From a virus, in IMG/VR virus record IMGVR_UViG_3300020417_001527, positions 1 to 64,000 of that record: a stretch of DNA of 64,000 nucleotides; one strand, 5' to 3'. Both the position numbers and the translations under genes were made by a program. Below, in pieces: positions 19,805-29,172 of the stretch; positions within the stretch are counted from its first letter, which is position 1, and every line of letters begins with the position of its first letter. A model generated the notes under the pieces. It saw only the letters and a program-made list of their open reading frames with translations. It was not told where the DNA came from and ran no database searches.

Positions 19805-20969
19805 CATAATAATTGAAAACATCGTGGATCGTCCATATGATCCTGTTTATTTTGTAAATCCAGGACACCATGGTGAATGGTGTGGTGTAGAATATGTGTT
19901 TCCCTATGACAACTTTCCTATAAATTCTGTGTATCACTCCAATTGGTTATCCACGCTGTCAGGTTTAAAATTTGTATTTCATTGGTCACAACTGCCTGTG
20001 TACACAGACATTGTGTTGTCCACAGACAGCATCAATGCTGTTAGAAATGATCCTGAATGTTTTTTATTAATTCATAATTTACATGAAGCACGAATGCATG
20101 GTATAAATGAAATAGCAGAAAAAATTCAATTATTGGGCATACCTTTACACAAATGCATCATGCTTACATCAGATCCTAATTCAGACTCTGAACTGAGAGG
20201 CGGAATACAACAGGTGTGGGTAGACAACTATTGGGAAGCTCTGTGTCGCAAACATCATAAAACATCAACAAATACCGCCATGGTGCATCCTCGGGATTAC
20301 ACTCTGGAGCATGTGGATAGAAAATTTTTATCACTGAATAGAAATGTAAAAATACATAGAATGCAATGGATGTATGCCATGCGTAATGAAATTTTTGATA
20401 TTACACCACAAGGACATGTTTCATTTCATTTGCCTGAATGGAAAAAAGAAGATTATTATCAACATTGCATGGACAATTGGCGTAATCACAATGACGGCAT
20501 ACCTGATCAAAACTTTACCGTAATGAAACTGGATCCACTGGATCCTGTCACACAACCATGGACCATATCCAACTCTGATCAATTGACAGAATTTTATCAA
20601 CGCTCATACTTTTCTGTTGTAACAGAATCGGATCATCATTTGCCTTTTGTTACAGAAAAAACATTCAAAACCATTGCATGTATGCACCCTTTTGTTATCA
20701 TTGGCAATCCACAAATGAATTCAATACTGAGAGACAAAGGCTATCACACATTTGAAGATTACTTTGAAAGAGATTCGGTGCAAACACAACGTGACATGAT
20801 TGAATTGTGTGAATGGATAAACAGTAAAGACATGCAATTTTTTCAGAAAAAGACTGAAAAGGTTCTTGACAAGTTAACAGATAATTATTATAATTATATA
20901 AATGGTTCTGTGGATTGGAACCATATCATGGGAAAAATAATCAATGCAACAACCAGCACCACCACCTGA
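19794..20969 (+). CDS. Uncharacterised TEK-motif (GT10-like) protein; paralog of 9931..11139
   Basis: FLSLNRN.KIHR, SVVTES...VTEKTFK...HPFVIIG...GYHTF; start uncertain (TTG 19794 or GTG 19746). Confidence 0.5.
   Translation: MSYSIIIENIVDRPYDPVYFVNPGHHGEWCGVEYVFPYDNFPINSVYHSNWLSTLSGLKFVFHWSQLPVYTDIVLSTDSINAVRNDPECFLLIHNLHEARMHGINEIAEKIQLLGIPLHKCIMLTSDPNSDSELRGGIQQVWVDNYWEALCRKHHKTSTNTAMVHPRDYTLEHVDRKFLSLNRNVKIHRMQWMYAMRNEIFDITPQGHVSFHLPEWKKEDYYQHCMDNWRNHNDGIPDQNFTVMKLDPLDPVTQPWTISNSDQLTEFYQRSYFSVVTESDHHLPFVTEKTFKTIACMHPFVIIGNPQMNSILRDKGYHTFEDYFERDSVQTQRDMIELCEWINSKDMQFFQKKTEKVLDKLTDNYYNYINGSVDWNHIMGKIINATTSTTT
20866..20894 (+). promoter_or_regulatory. Perfect sigma70 consensus promoter inside the 3' end of a CDS
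   Basis: TTGACA (20866-71), 17 nt spacer, TATAAT (20889-94); about 50 nt upstream of ATG 20944. Confidence 0.7.
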
Positions 20970-21348
20970 CTTTCATATCCATCCCAATGGATTTGATTCA
21001 ACTCGACCCACAGCACAAATGATGGGTAGATATCAACCGTGGCATGACGGCCACACAGCTCTGTTTAAACGCATCATCGAAACAGAAGCAGATCAAGTGT
21101 TTATCATGATTAGACACATGCCACAGGATGAAAACAATCCGGCTATGCCTCATGAATCAATTCCCTTGATCAAGGAACGATTATCAGCAGAGGGTTATGA
21201 AGAAAACAAACATTACATGATTGCGATTGTGCCAAACATAGTAAACATCAGCTGGGGTCGTGATGTGGGCTATTCTACCACACAACATGATCTAGGCGAA
21301 GAAATACATTCAATAAGTGCAACAAAGATAAGAAATGGGACAGTTTAG
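20944..21348 (+). CDS. Cytidylyltransferase-like (HxGH) nucleotidyltransferase
   Basis: GRYQPWHDGH and ISATKIR signature motifs. Confidence 0.8.
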   Translation: MQQPAPPPDFHIHPNGFDSTRPTAQMMGRYQPWHDGHTALFKRIIETEADQVFIMIRHMPQDENNPAMPHESIPLIKERLSAEGYEENKHYMIAIVPNIVNISWGRDVGYSTTQHDLGEEIHSISATKIRNGTV

Positions 21349-22012
21349 AGACATAATTCTTCGAGATGGTTATACTGCAATTCCTGAGTTTTTTAACTCG
21401 GAAGAAGTGGCTCGTCTGCGTGAACTCAACACACAAAAACCTGTTGCAAGAGGACATCATAATTTACATGGTTGGCAAGACAAAGAAATTCCCACTGAAA
21501 AATCAGGTTATCAACACTATTGGACACAGCCAGTACATGCAGAAACTCGTTGGGCACAGGATCGATTGTCACCATTCATTGCTGACATGATGCAGGATAA
21601 TTACCAATGGGAATATGCTGATTTTCATGTGGCCAATCCTGATTCTGCATACATACATGCACACATTGATTCACCCTATCAGTTTCGTCCGTGGCATGAA
21701 ATAACAGAACTGTTGGCAGTACAATGTTTAATTGCTGTGGATGATTTCACTGAAATGAATGGTGGAACAGCCATACTGCCAGGATCACATCGCGAACAGT
21801 TTGCTCTGTCAGAAATAGGATCTGATGAATTAAACATGCGATTGACTGACGATGGTTATCGATTTATAGCACCAGCTGGATCTGTGCTGATGTATCATCC
21901 TCGTACTCTGCACTCCACAATGCCAAACTTTTCTGATCTGCCAAGAACAGCTCTACTGATTCTGGCCATAAGACCGGATCTGTCAGAACCATTGTCGGTG
22001 TATCACACATAA
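21335..22012 (+). CDS. Phytanoyl-CoA dioxygenase (PhyH) family Fe(II)/2OG dioxygenase
   Basis: DGY, HID, DDFTEMNGGTAILPGSH, GSVL...LHSTMPN.S..PR. Confidence 0.85.
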   Translation: MGQFRDIILRDGYTAIPEFFNSEEVARLRELNTQKPVARGHHNLHGWQDKEIPTEKSGYQHYWTQPVHAETRWAQDRLSPFIADMMQDNYQWEYADFHVANPDSAYIHAHIDSPYQFRPWHEITELLAVQCLIAVDDFTEMNGGTAILPGSHREQFALSEIGSDELNMRLTDDGYRFIAPAGSVLMYHPRTLHSTMPNFSDLPRTALLILAIRPDLSEPLSVYHT

Positions 22013-22022
22013 AGGATAGAAC

Positions 22023-22451
22023 GTGAAAATATTAATATTTGGATTGCCTGGTTCGGGTAAAACCACACTTGCGAAACCGTTTGCTGAGTTGATTGGTGGG
22101 ATACATATAAATGCTGATGTTGTTCGTGCAAGTTATAATGATTGGGACTTCAGTGAACAGGGTAGAATACGCCAAGCACAAAGAATGAAACATTTAGCAG
22201 ATGGTGTTGTAATGGCAGGTAAAGTGGCCGTCGCAGACTTTGTGTGTCCAACAGAACGTGCAAGACAAGAGTTTAATCCAGACTTTACTGTGTGGTTGGA
22301 TACTATTAAAGAAGGCAGGTTTGAAGATACTAATGCTATGTTTGAAAAGCCTGCATATAAAGTGGACTATCATGTGGCTGAATGGTTTGAAGATACTCAT
22401 GCACAATTGGTTCCAGTCATTGAACGCTGGATGACGAGGAATAAAAAATGA
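22023..22451 (+). CDS. cysC: Adenylyl-sulfate (APS) kinase-like protein
   Basis: GLPGSGKTT P-loop, NADVVR, DFS..GR, FEKP; GTG start with upstream AAGGA. Confidence 0.75.
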   Translation: MKILIFGLPGSGKTTLAKPFAELIGGIHINADVVRASYNDWDFSEQGRIRQAQRMKHLADGVVMAGKVAVADFVCPTERARQEFNPDFTVWLDTIKEGRFEDTNAMFEKPAYKVDYHVAEWFEDTHAQLVPVIERWMTRNKK

Positions 22452-22618
22452 AAAGTTTATTAACAATATGGCAATACGCATTGGGATCTTATTCAGACGA
22501 TAAGACCAAACCCTATGACAAACAGATGTTGATCATAAGAACATTTTGGGTATTATTGCACATTGCAACCTGCGTAATGATTATATTAGGCAACGGACAT
22601 TTGCTAGGATGGTGGTAA
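22448..22618 (+). CDS. Small membrane protein, 56 aa (not in the ORF track)
   Basis: Hand translation MKSLLTIWQYALGSYSDDKTKPYDKQMLIIRTFWVLLHIATCVMIILGNGHLLGWW; ATGA overlap and exact gap fill; resembles small proteins of marine T4-like phages (from recall). Confidence 0.7.
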   Translation: MKSLLTIWQYALGSYSDDKTKPYDKQMLIIRTFWVLLHIATCVMIILGNGHLLGWW

Positions 22619-22619
22619 C

Positions 22620-22925
22620 ATGAAAAGAATATATAGAACTAACCGACTGGGTCGTATAAAAGAATTTATTAAAGAATCACACAGATTATCGCCCACAGCA
22701 TTCTATTGTGAAATGGTAGAAACTGTGTTGCTGTTAACAGCTTCAGCAATACTTTCATTTACTATTCTAGATCCTGCAACAGAGATATTCATTCCATTAT
22801 ATCTAGCAGGTTCAATACTTGGTATAATTAGTACTGTAATACGCAAAGCATTCTTTGCCATTGTGCTATGTGCGTGGTTCACAGTAATGAACACCATAGC
22901 ACTCGTTCAACTAGTAATATATTAA
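22620..22925 (+). CDS. Small membrane protein, about 3 transmembrane segments
   Basis: Three hydrophobic stretches; in operon context. Confidence 0.65.
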   Translation: MKRIYRTNRLGRIKEFIKESHRLSPTAFYCEMVETVLLLTASAILSFTILDPATEIFIPLYLAGSILGIISTVIRKAFFAIVLCAWFTVMNTIALVQLVIY

Positions 22926-22934
22926 AAGGTACAT

Positions 22935-23213
22935 ATGATAAAAGTATTCTTTATCGCAAAAATAAAAGATTTAAATGCAGACTATAAAAATAGAAGCACA
23001 AGACTACGTAAAATGGCAGAAGGAATGCCAGGCTTTGTTTCAATTGAATCAGAAGAAATAGATGATGTTGAAATCACAGTTAGCACATGGCGTAGCCGAG
23101 AAGATGTAGAAGCATGGGCACAAGATGTAACACATGTAGAAGCAAAACGCAAACACCGAGAATGGTATCATTGGGTGCGTGGTATACATGTGGAAACTGT
23201 GGATGACGAGTAG
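22935..23213 (+). CDS. Antibiotic biosynthesis monooxygenase (ABM) family protein
   Basis: MPGFVS, ITVSTW, W..D..H.EAK, WY pattern. Confidence 0.75.
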   Translation: MIKVFFIAKIKDLNADYKNRSTRLRKMAEGMPGFVSIESEEIDDVEITVSTWRSREDVEAWAQDVTHVEAKRKHREWYHWVRGIHVETVDDE

Positions 23214-24741
23214 ATACGATGTCACGTGGGGTTGGACTGGGCTGTCACACGATGCCTCTCTGGCTGTGTTTGTGAATGATCGTCTTGAGTTTGCTTCACA
23301 TTCCGAACGTTTTTCTCAAGTAAAAAATGAACGTTTCGTTCATGCAGGTCTGATGCATGAAGCACTTCAGTATGGCGTACCAGAAGAAATATTCTTTTAT
23401 GAAACTCCATGGTTAAAGAAAACTCGGCAGGCGTATGCAGGACAATACGAATTAATCAAAAAGCCTTCACCCGACCATTTTTTAAACATGGTGTACAATG
23501 TGATGTTGAAAGCAGGCATTTCTAAGAACTGTTTTCCTGAGCAACTGCCACGTTCTCAGCCTACTCGACATCATCTTGCTCATGCCGCCGGAGGCTACTA
23601 CACATCCACATACGATCATGCAACCATTGTTGTGTTGGACTCTATAGGTGAATGGGAAACATTCACCGTATGGGAAGGCATAGACAATTCTCTGCACAAA
23701 CGTTTTTCACAATCATATCCACACTCTGTGGGCATATGGTATTCTGCCATGACACAGCGTATAGGATTAAAACCACAGGAACATGAATACATACTGATGG
23801 GCATGGCCGCAATAGGCGATCCAAAAAAATATTATTCTGAAATAAAACGAGATTTTATTGCTCGCATGCCTGATCAATCCAATCCTCGTGTGCGGTTTCG
23901 ACGCAACTGTCATAGAGGCTGTAGAGATTGGCGACCTGATTTAAACACACCACAGGATTATGCCGACATTGCCGCGGCCACACAACGCATATATGAAGAA
24001 ATATTCACAGGCATACTGGAATACACTCGTACTCATTTCCCTTCACGCAACCTTGTGTTGATGGGTGGCTGTGTGTTAAATTGTGTAGCAAACAGTTTAG
24101 CGGCCAATTATTATGATGATATATGGATAATGCCCAACCCAGGTGATGCTGGTTCGGCCATTGGTTGTGTACTTGCACACAAAAAACAAAGATTAGAGTT
24201 TACTCATGCATTTCTAGGAGCGGATATACCTGGTGAATATCCCATAGAAGAAATATTGGAAGATCTGCATGAACACAAAATTACAGCGGTTGCTTCGGGC
24301 CGAGCCGAGTTTGGACCACGAGCATTAGGACATAGAAGTATCTTGGCCGATCCCCGAGGCGCCGATGTAAAAGACAGAGTTAATCGAATTAAACAGCGTG
24401 AAGCATTTAGACCATTTGCTCCAATGATACTGGAAGAACATGCATATCGGTATTTTGATATGCCTGTAAAAACATCTCCGTATATGCAATTTGTAGCCAA
24501 ATGTAAACGGCCCAAAGAGTTTCCTGCCATCATACACTATGATAATACTTCTAGAGTGCAAACTGTGGGCAAGGAAATGGGTCCTGTTAGAACGCTGTTG
24601 GAACGTTGGTATGCAGAAACTGGTTGTCCCATGCTGTTAAATACTAGTCTTAACATAAAAGGAAAGCCTCTGGTAAACATACATCATGATGCTGTACGCT
24701 GGAGTGCTGAATATGGGGTTGACATATGCTTGCCAAGATAG
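23203..24741 (+). CDS. Carbamoyltransferase (NodU/CmcH/TobZ family)
   Basis: SHDAS, HHLAHAA, DSIGE, MGGCVLN, PGDAG, GRAEFGPRALG.RSILADP, RPFAP, LLNTSLN. Confidence 0.95.
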   Translation: MTSRYDVTWGWTGLSHDASLAVFVNDRLEFASHSERFSQVKNERFVHAGLMHEALQYGVPEEIFFYETPWLKKTRQAYAGQYELIKKPSPDHFLNMVYNVMLKAGISKNCFPEQLPRSQPTRHHLAHAAGGYYTSTYDHATIVVLDSIGEWETFTVWEGIDNSLHKRFSQSYPHSVGIWYSAMTQRIGLKPQEHEYILMGMAAIGDPKKYYSEIKRDFIARMPDQSNPRVRFRRNCHRGCRDWRPDLNTPQDYADIAAATQRIYEEIFTGILEYTRTHFPSRNLVLMGGCVLNCVANSLAANYYDDIWIMPNPGDAGSAIGCVLAHKKQRLEFTHAFLGADIPGEYPIEEILEDLHEHKITAVASGRAEFGPRALGHRSILADPRGADVKDRVNRIKQREAFRPFAPMILEEHAYRYFDMPVKTSPYMQFVAKCKRPKEFPAIIHYDNTSRVQTVGKEMGPVRTLLERWYAETGCPMLLNTSLNIKGKPLVNIHHDAVRWSAEYGVDICLPR

Positions 24742-24851
24742 TAAAATTATTAGAGTATTTGCCCATTATAGGGCCGCGATTGCGTAAACAAAGACGCAGA
24801 CGTGAACTGATGGAAAAGATTGCAAAACAAGATCCATTTATATATGAATAG
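24726..24851 (+). CDS. Small basic protein ending DPFIYE, 41 aa (not in the ORF track)
   Basis: Hand translation MLAKIVKLLEYLPIIGPRLRKQRRRRELMEKIAKQDPFIYE; overlaps the carbamoyltransferase stop. Confidence 0.7.
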   Translation: MLAKIVKLLEYLPIIGPRLRKQRRRRELMEKIAKQDPFIYE

Positions 24852-24859
24852 GAGTACAG

Positions 24860-25222
24860 ATGTCACAATTTGACTGGAAACGTCCTACGTGTGCAATGCT
24901 GGGAGCATTTCAACCATGGACAGACGAACACACACGAGAGTTCGAATCAATCATTAAAAGATCCTCACAGGTGGTTGTGTGGGTACAGGAAGCAGACAAG
25001 ACTGTGAAACGACCACATGATTTTATTTTTGTGAGAGATCAAATTGAACAGGCATTGAGCCAAGCTGGCTATGACAATGAAGAAGACTTTATCATTCAGC
25101 CTGTGCCTTATGTGGTAGATTTTGTTTTTACCAATGAAGGTGAATACAGAATTACCAGGCCTTTTCTGGGTCAAACACAAGAGCCTGATGTGATAGATGC
25201 CACGGCCCAAACTGTAAATTAA
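24860..25222 (+). CDS. Degenerate cytidylyltransferase-like paralog of 20944..21348
   Basis: RPTCAMLGAFQPWTDEH versus RPTAQMMGRYQPWHDGH; lacks the ISATKIR tail; AGGAG SD upstream. Confidence 0.65.
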   Translation: MSQFDWKRPTCAMLGAFQPWTDEHTREFESIIKRSSQVVVWVQEADKTVKRPHDFIFVRDQIEQALSQAGYDNEEDFIIQPVPYVVDFVFTNEGEYRITRPFLGQTQEPDVIDATAQTVN

Positions 25223-25940
25223 CTGCGTCAGCACAATCATAAAATTTTTGCAAAGTGTTTGCGAGTTCAATTCTAAATCGCAGAGCTTTTATTTCTAGAT
25301 GACGAATCTCTGGCACCGAGTCCAATTCATATTCTATGGTGTCTAGATACTTCTGCATATTCTTTTTAAACATGCCCATGAAGCCAGCCTTGGACACATC
25401 CGTGTCGTAGGGCACATTATAATACTGTGAAGAGTCCCAATTTTGATAGTATGTTTTTAGATGTTCTTTGTTTTCAATCGTAACGAGTTTTAAATCAGGC
25501 AACCAATGATACACATCCAGAGTTGATTTCATCCAGGATTGTTCTTCAATCTGCATGTGTATTCGATCTTCTATTAGTCCTTGTGTGATCAATTCAGATA
25601 TGTACATCATTCTGTCAGAGCCAGGATGTGCAACCAATTTATAATTTTCAGACCATTGCATCTGTTGTGGAGCCAATATGCCTCGACGATAAATGTCTGA
25701 ACCTACCACACATGCTTTGTGCATGGTATAAAATCCTTTTATTCGGTCTAGATCTCTCCAGTCGGTGGCAATATATTGAGCGATACTTTCTGCTTCTAAC
25801 CAAGCAGGATCCATGCGTCTAATATCTGCCAACTGCACATACTGATCCAGAGTAACTTCAGCCATGTAGATGGTGTTGCCTGAATTGGCGAAATAATCAT
25901 CCACCACTGAATCTAATAGATTAGAATTAAAGTCTACCAC
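25152..25940 (-). CDS. Hypothetical protein, HPG-motif family (possibly ParB/Srx-like)
   Basis: GILAP...VAHPGSDR; paralogs at 26571 and 42718. Confidence 0.45.
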   Translation of the reverse strand: MVDFNSNLLDSVVDDYFANSGNTIYMAEVTLDQYVQLADIRRMDPAWLEAESIAQYIATDWRDLDRIKGFYTMHKACVVGSDIYRRGILAPQQMQWSENYKLVAHPGSDRMMYISELITQGLIEDRIHMQIEEQSWMKSTLDVYHWLPDLKLVTIENKEHLKTYYQNWDSSQYYNVPYDTDVSKAGFMGMFKKNMQKYLDTIEYELDSVPEIRHLEIKALRFRIELANTLQKFYDCADAVNLQFGPWHLSHQALVFDPEKAW

Positions 25941-26647
25941 TTGTCAATGCCCAGTATTGCTCTCATTTGATAGTATTGTAAATCTTGTTTGGTTTTAATA
26001 TCGCACCATGGACCACCATTGGTGAAATGCAGAGCACCAGCATCTTCTCGATATTCATATTCGTCTACCAACCAATTCCAGCGTAAATCAATTGATCCTA
26101 TTTCTTCGTCTTTAAGATGTAAAAACCTGTGCAGTTCTCGAGGCTCAGCTGAATTACAATACTCGGGTGTTAGTGTTCTATTACTGGGGTGGGCACAATT
26201 CCACATTATTAGACTGCTCCAGTTCTTGCGTGGAAAATTTTCCTGCACATGACCAAATGCTTTTTCTTTTATTGTGCTTTTGTAGTCGTGTTTGCAAACC
26301 ATTACAGCATAACGATCGTCACGCTGTTCCCAAAGTCTAGCAACATTGTCTTGCCATAAAAAATCTCCATCACAGAATATGGCCCAGCCTTGCCAAAAAC
26401 TCACAAATGGAATAAAAAATCTAGAATAAACAAAAGCAGTTGATTCATTGTCTTTCTTTTCTCGCCCATAATATGGAATGGTATTGATACAATTTGGTTT
26501 TATTATCGCATCTTTGCAATAGTGCCTCATTGAGCTGATGCACAAATCATACATTTCTCTGTGTCGAGAATCAAAACCAACGTGAACTATAGGGTGTGTA
26601 CTTGTCGATTGGGCTCGTTGGATTGTGGATTGCATTAAAGAAAACAT
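25934..26647 (-). CDS. Glycosyltransferase (GT8-like)
   Basis: VGFDSR, STAFVYSRF, FCDGDFL (DxD), PRKNWSS, WNWLV, HFTNGGPW. Confidence 0.85.
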   Translation of the reverse strand: MFSLMQSTIQRAQSTSTHPIVHVGFDSRHREMYDLCISSMRHYCKDAIIKPNCINTIPYYGREKKDNESTAFVYSRFFIPFVSFWQGWAIFCDGDFLWQDNVARLWEQRDDRYAVMVCKHDYKSTIKEKAFGHVQENFPRKNWSSLIMWNCAHPSNRTLTPEYCNSAEPRELHRFLHLKDEEIGSIDLRWNWLVDEYEYREDAGALHFTNGGPWCDIKTKQDLQYYQMRAILGIDKW

Positions 26648-27497
26648 TGTTGGGTCTCCATATTCCGTATTCTTTGGTGATACATCGGTCTCCGATCATT
26701 AGAGTGTTATCATCTATCAGTTTTATATCCCACAGCATGTCAATGTCACGCCACATGCCTTCTCTGTGTATTGCATCAAAATAACTCAAATGCCACACAG
26801 CCGTACGAAAACGATTTTCACCCCAGGTGTTTAGTTTTTTGTGATACTTGCGTATGCCGTTGAACACTGGCATGTTGTGTGGTGAACAACCTTCACGCCA
26901 CATTTCCAACCATTCATACACACAATGATGAGTAGGGTGTGTGAAATTTGGAAAACATGCTTCAATCTTTTCACGAGTATCGCATACTTCATGATCCCAG
27001 TCTCGGTAAAACTTGTAGTTTACACGAGCATAATCAATGTACACAAAAGGCACTTCGTCCAGTGGCTCAGCTAAAAATATAATAGCATATGATTTGTCTG
27101 AACCGGGGTGACAGTTTACAGTTGGATATCCAAAGCTCAACATCTGTACAGGTGCAGTTATACAGCCCTGTTCATTGATATCTTGACTCAGCCAATAGAT
27201 CTTAAATAGCTTGTATATGGCTTGTAGATCTGGATCTGCATCAGCGTGAACATGCAGAGGACCTATTCGATGAAATTCTTCTTTTTTGGATCTATCAACC
27301 CGCAAAAAATTATCAATTATACGAGAAAAGTCATTCACAACTCGCAAACCATTCTGTGCCAAGATGTCATAGAATACTTGACTAGATATAGAACCTCGTA
27401 TATAATAAGCATTATGAGTTGAATTTGACCAGTCTACAAAGTGTTCAAGATAGGAACGTTTTTCAGCAAGATCTGTGCTTTGGTTAAAACTACGCAT
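26571..27497 (-). CDS. Hypothetical protein, HPG-motif family
   Basis: I...G.ITAPVQ...CHPGSDK. Confidence 0.45.
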   Translation of the reverse strand: MRSFNQSTDLAEKRSYLEHFVDWSNSTHNAYYIRGSISSQVFYDILAQNGLRVVNDFSRIIDNFLRVDRSKKEEFHRIGPLHVHADADPDLQAIYKLFKIYWLSQDINEQGCITAPVQMLSFGYPTVNCHPGSDKSYAIIFLAEPLDEVPFVYIDYARVNYKFYRDWDHEVCDTREKIEACFPNFTHPTHHCVYEWLEMWREGCSPHNMPVFNGIRKYHKKLNTWGENRFRTAVWHLSYFDAIHREGMWRDIDMLWDIKLIDDNTLMIGDRCITKEYGIWRPNNVFFNAIHNPTSPIDKYTPYSSRWF

Positions 27498-27523
27498 ATA
27501 ATTAGTTATGATAGGAAAAACAC
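27498..27523. promoter_or_regulatory. Divergent promoter region
   Basis: TAACTA-N5-ATG on the - strand; TAATTA plus AGGA SD before ATG 27524 on the + strand. Confidence 0.4.
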
Positions 27524-28228
27524 ATGCTAGACGTCTTTTATATCAGCTACAATGAATCGTTTGCTGATGAGAATTATGAAATGCTGAAAGTCTTTGCCCC
27601 ACATGCCCAACGAGTGCATGGTGTCAAAGGCATATTTGAAGCACACAAAACAGCGGCCGAACGAGCAAAAACTTCACACTTTTATGTGGTTGATGCAGAT
27701 GCAATCATTGAAGAAGAATTTAAATTTAAATTTGTACCCAACAAGTTTAAAGAAGCATATCCAAATGTGATGGAAACAGAATGTGTGTTCACATACAGAT
27801 CACGCAATCCTGTCAATGATTTAATTTACGGCTATGGTGCTGTTAAACTGTTTCCCAGAGAACCTTTTCTCAAACTAACAGATTGGTCAGTGGACATGAC
27901 AACATCAATTGGTTGTCCTTTTGTGCCCAAGTTCCAAATAAGTAATGTTACAGCGTTTAACACAGATCCTTTTAACACATGGAAATCAGCGTTCAGAGAA
28001 TGTGTTAAACTCAGCTCAAACATTATAGATAACAATGATAACATTGACGATGAATACAGACTTAAAGTTTGGTGTGCAAGAGGTGAAAAACGACCTTTTG
28101 GAGAATACGCTCTACTGGGAGCTCAACAAGGAGCAGACTTTGGCGAAACATATCGTGGTGACAAAGACGCACTAAAAATGATCAACGACTTTGATTGGTT
28201 GGCAAAGAAATTTGAAGAAGCAGTATGA
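27524..28228 (+). CDS. GT-A fold glycosyltransferase-like protein
   Basis: VVDADA (DxD), YGYGAVKL, WKSAFRECVKL. Confidence 0.6.
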   Translation: MLDVFYISYNESFADENYEMLKVFAPHAQRVHGVKGIFEAHKTAAERAKTSHFYVVDADAIIEEEFKFKFVPNKFKEAYPNVMETECVFTYRSRNPVNDLIYGYGAVKLFPREPFLKLTDWSVDMTTSIGCPFVPKFQISNVTAFNTDPFNTWKSAFRECVKLSSNIIDNNDNIDDEYRLKVWCARGEKRPFGEYALLGAQQGADFGETYRGDKDALKMINDFDWLAKKFEEAV

Positions 28229-29172
28229 CCGCAGATTGGGAAGAAACAACAGAGCTGGTAACCAGCAAGTATCATTGGGTAAACGGAATAGATGAATATC
28301 TAAAACGTACCAAGCACCCTCTGTACAAAAAGTTTTCTGCAATTCGCAATGCAGTATTCTTTATGAATGCATACAGACAAAAAGAACTTATACTGGACGA
28401 AATAGGCAGAGGTGATTCTCCTTATTCAGAAGAATTTGTTAATATTATCCTGCATGGCAACATACAATGGACTGAATGGTTGACACACAAGAAACTGGTC
28501 AACTACATGGCTCATTGCATAGACATAGATCTGTTTAAAATATTGAATGATTGGCATGATAGATTTGGCGGAGATGTGATCAATATCAATGATCATTTTT
28601 CACGTGGACAAATACAGAGCAAACTGTGGATGATGGATGAGCTGGATAAAATTGTAGAAGATGGCAACATGGGCAATGTACTCATGTACGGTGGATGGTT
28701 CAACACGTTTGCATACTTCTTGTTTGAGCGTTTTAAAATAAAACAGATATTTTCATTGGACATAGACCCAGACGTTTGGGAAGTGGCAGACTGCTTCAAT
28801 GCTAAAAAATGCTATGACGAAGCATGGACTTTCAAGGCCGCAACAGCAGATTGTAATCGTTTGCAATATAAAAATGGCAAAACCACATTTGAAGTGCCCA
28901 GGCCCAACATGAATCCTACCACAGTAGAATTTAAACCCAATCTTGTTATTAACACATCATGTGAACACATGAAAGATGATTGGTTTTATAATCTGCCCAA
29001 AGGCATGCCTGTGTGTTTGCAAACCAATGATTATTTTGAAAACACACAACACATGAACTGTGTGCATAATTTGGATGAAGCTCGTGCAAAATATCAATTT
29101 TCAGAAGAGCTGTATGGCGGTGAATTAAAAACATATCTATATAAAAGGTACACACTAATTGGAATTGTTTGA
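28225..29172 (+). CDS. Class I SAM-dependent methyltransferase-like protein
   Basis: MYGGWFN, SLDIDP, INTSCEH. Confidence 0.7.
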   Translation: MTADWEETTELVTSKYHWVNGIDEYLKRTKHPLYKKFSAIRNAVFFMNAYRQKELILDEIGRGDSPYSEEFVNIILHGNIQWTEWLTHKKLVNYMAHCIDIDLFKILNDWHDRFGGDVININDHFSRGQIQSKLWMMDELDKIVEDGNMGNVLMYGGWFNTFAYFLFERFKIKQIFSLDIDPDVWEVADCFNAKKCYDEAWTFKAATADCNRLQYKNGKTTFEVPRPNMNPTTVEFKPNLVINTSCEHMKDDWFYNLPKGMPVCLQTNDYFENTQHMNCVHNLDEARAKYQFSEELYGGELKTYLYKRYTLIGIV

